Shown piece after piece: positions 12,324 through 12,615 of a stretch of DNA of 12,615 bases. Source of the DNA: Candidatus Iainarchaeum sp. (lineage in GTDB: Archaea; Iainarchaeota; Iainarchaeia; Iainarchaeales; 0-14-0-20-30-16); assembly GCA_903916665.1 (NCBI GenBank), contig CAIWXP010000108.1:1-12615 (forward strand), in the 5' to 3' direction. The stretch's first letter is position 1; every line of letters begins with the position of its first letter. The notes below the pieces were generated by a model, which saw nothing but the letters and a program-made list of their open reading frames with translations, was not told the DNA's origin and did no database searches. A program made the position numbers and the translations under genes.

Positions 12324-12615
12324 ATGAAAAAACCATATTATAATTTGAAAGGAAATGATGTTATCGCAAGATCATACAATTGTCCTATTTCATTAAAGTT
12401 TTCTGTTGAATTAGCAAGAGAAATAAAAAATAAACCCTACAGCAAAGTTATGAAATATTTAGACGATATTATTGATTTGAAAAGACATCTTCCATTAAAA
12501 AGATATACTCAAGATGTAGCCCATAGAAAAGGACCTGCAATTTCAGGTGTTAAATCAGGTAGATTTCCTGTAAAGGCTGCAAAATATTTTAAAAAATTGT
12601 TAGAAATGGCAAAAG
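12324..12615 (+). CDS. rpl22: 50S ribosomal protein uL22 (3' end outside the window)
   Basis: This open frame is absent from the ORF track because it runs off the window: M(M)KKPYYNLKGNDVIARSYNCPISLKFSVELAREIKNK...HRKGPAISGVKSGRFPVKAAKYFKKLLEMAK. The ISxK, HRKG and GRFPVKAA blocks are uL22-like, and the operon position fits. GGTGA at 12315-12319 lies 4 nt before ATG 12324; ATG 12321 is the alternative start. Confidence 0.85.
   Translation, partial: MKKPYYNLKGNDVIARSYNCPISLKFSVELAREIKNKPYSKVMKYLDDIIDLKRHLPLKRYTQDVAHRKGPAISGVKSGRFPVKAAKYFKKLLEMAK

Noticed and set aside
1-12615. Mobile elements, CRISPR arrays, defence genes, tRNA or rRNA genes
   Set aside because: Reading both strands I found no long direct or inverted terminal repeats, no repeat-spacer periodicity, no transposase, integrase or nuclease motifs, and no GC-rich structured stretches compatible with tRNA or rRNA. 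The only tandem repeats are (TTTA)5, TTTGCAA x2 and TAGAATGAT x2.

Overview
This is a strongly AT-rich archaeal window, called from archaeal-type uL3, uL4, uL2 and uS19 sequences, GGTGA-type Shine-Dalgarno sites and TATA-like promoters. All family calls rest on motifs read by eye; no searches were run. The divergent, small proteins suggest a reduced-genome (DPANN-like) archaeon, but that is inference.

Layout:
- 1-707: 3' end of a longer, Cys-containing, probably secreted protein.
- 799-2647: an autonomous operon of five small polytopic membrane proteins with no family I can recognise. This is the best candidate for an undescribed system.
- 2828-4423: a DRG/Rbg-type P-loop protein with a TGS domain, then a stand-alone VKOR-like thiol oxidoreductase.
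- 4427-6920 (minus strand): a divergent RpiA-like gene, and a tightly coupled pair made of a coiled-coil protein and a signal-peptide, sequon-rich, C-terminally anchored surface protein.
- 7008-8716: Taw1 (radical-SAM wyosine enzyme) followed by a class I SAM methyltransferase.
- 8918-12615: start of the archaeal ribosomal protein operon, in the order L3-L4-L23-L2-S19-L22 (L22 is cut by the window end).

I see no rRNA, tRNA, CRISPR array, transposase or integrase.

Secondary observations:
- The DRG homologue has degenerate G3 and G4 motifs.
- The RpiA homologue has degenerate active-site loops.
- An identical GAGTGAGA-N3-ATGGAA coupling element precedes both L4 and L23.
- The ribosomal operon has an unusually long, structured leader and long internal spacers.
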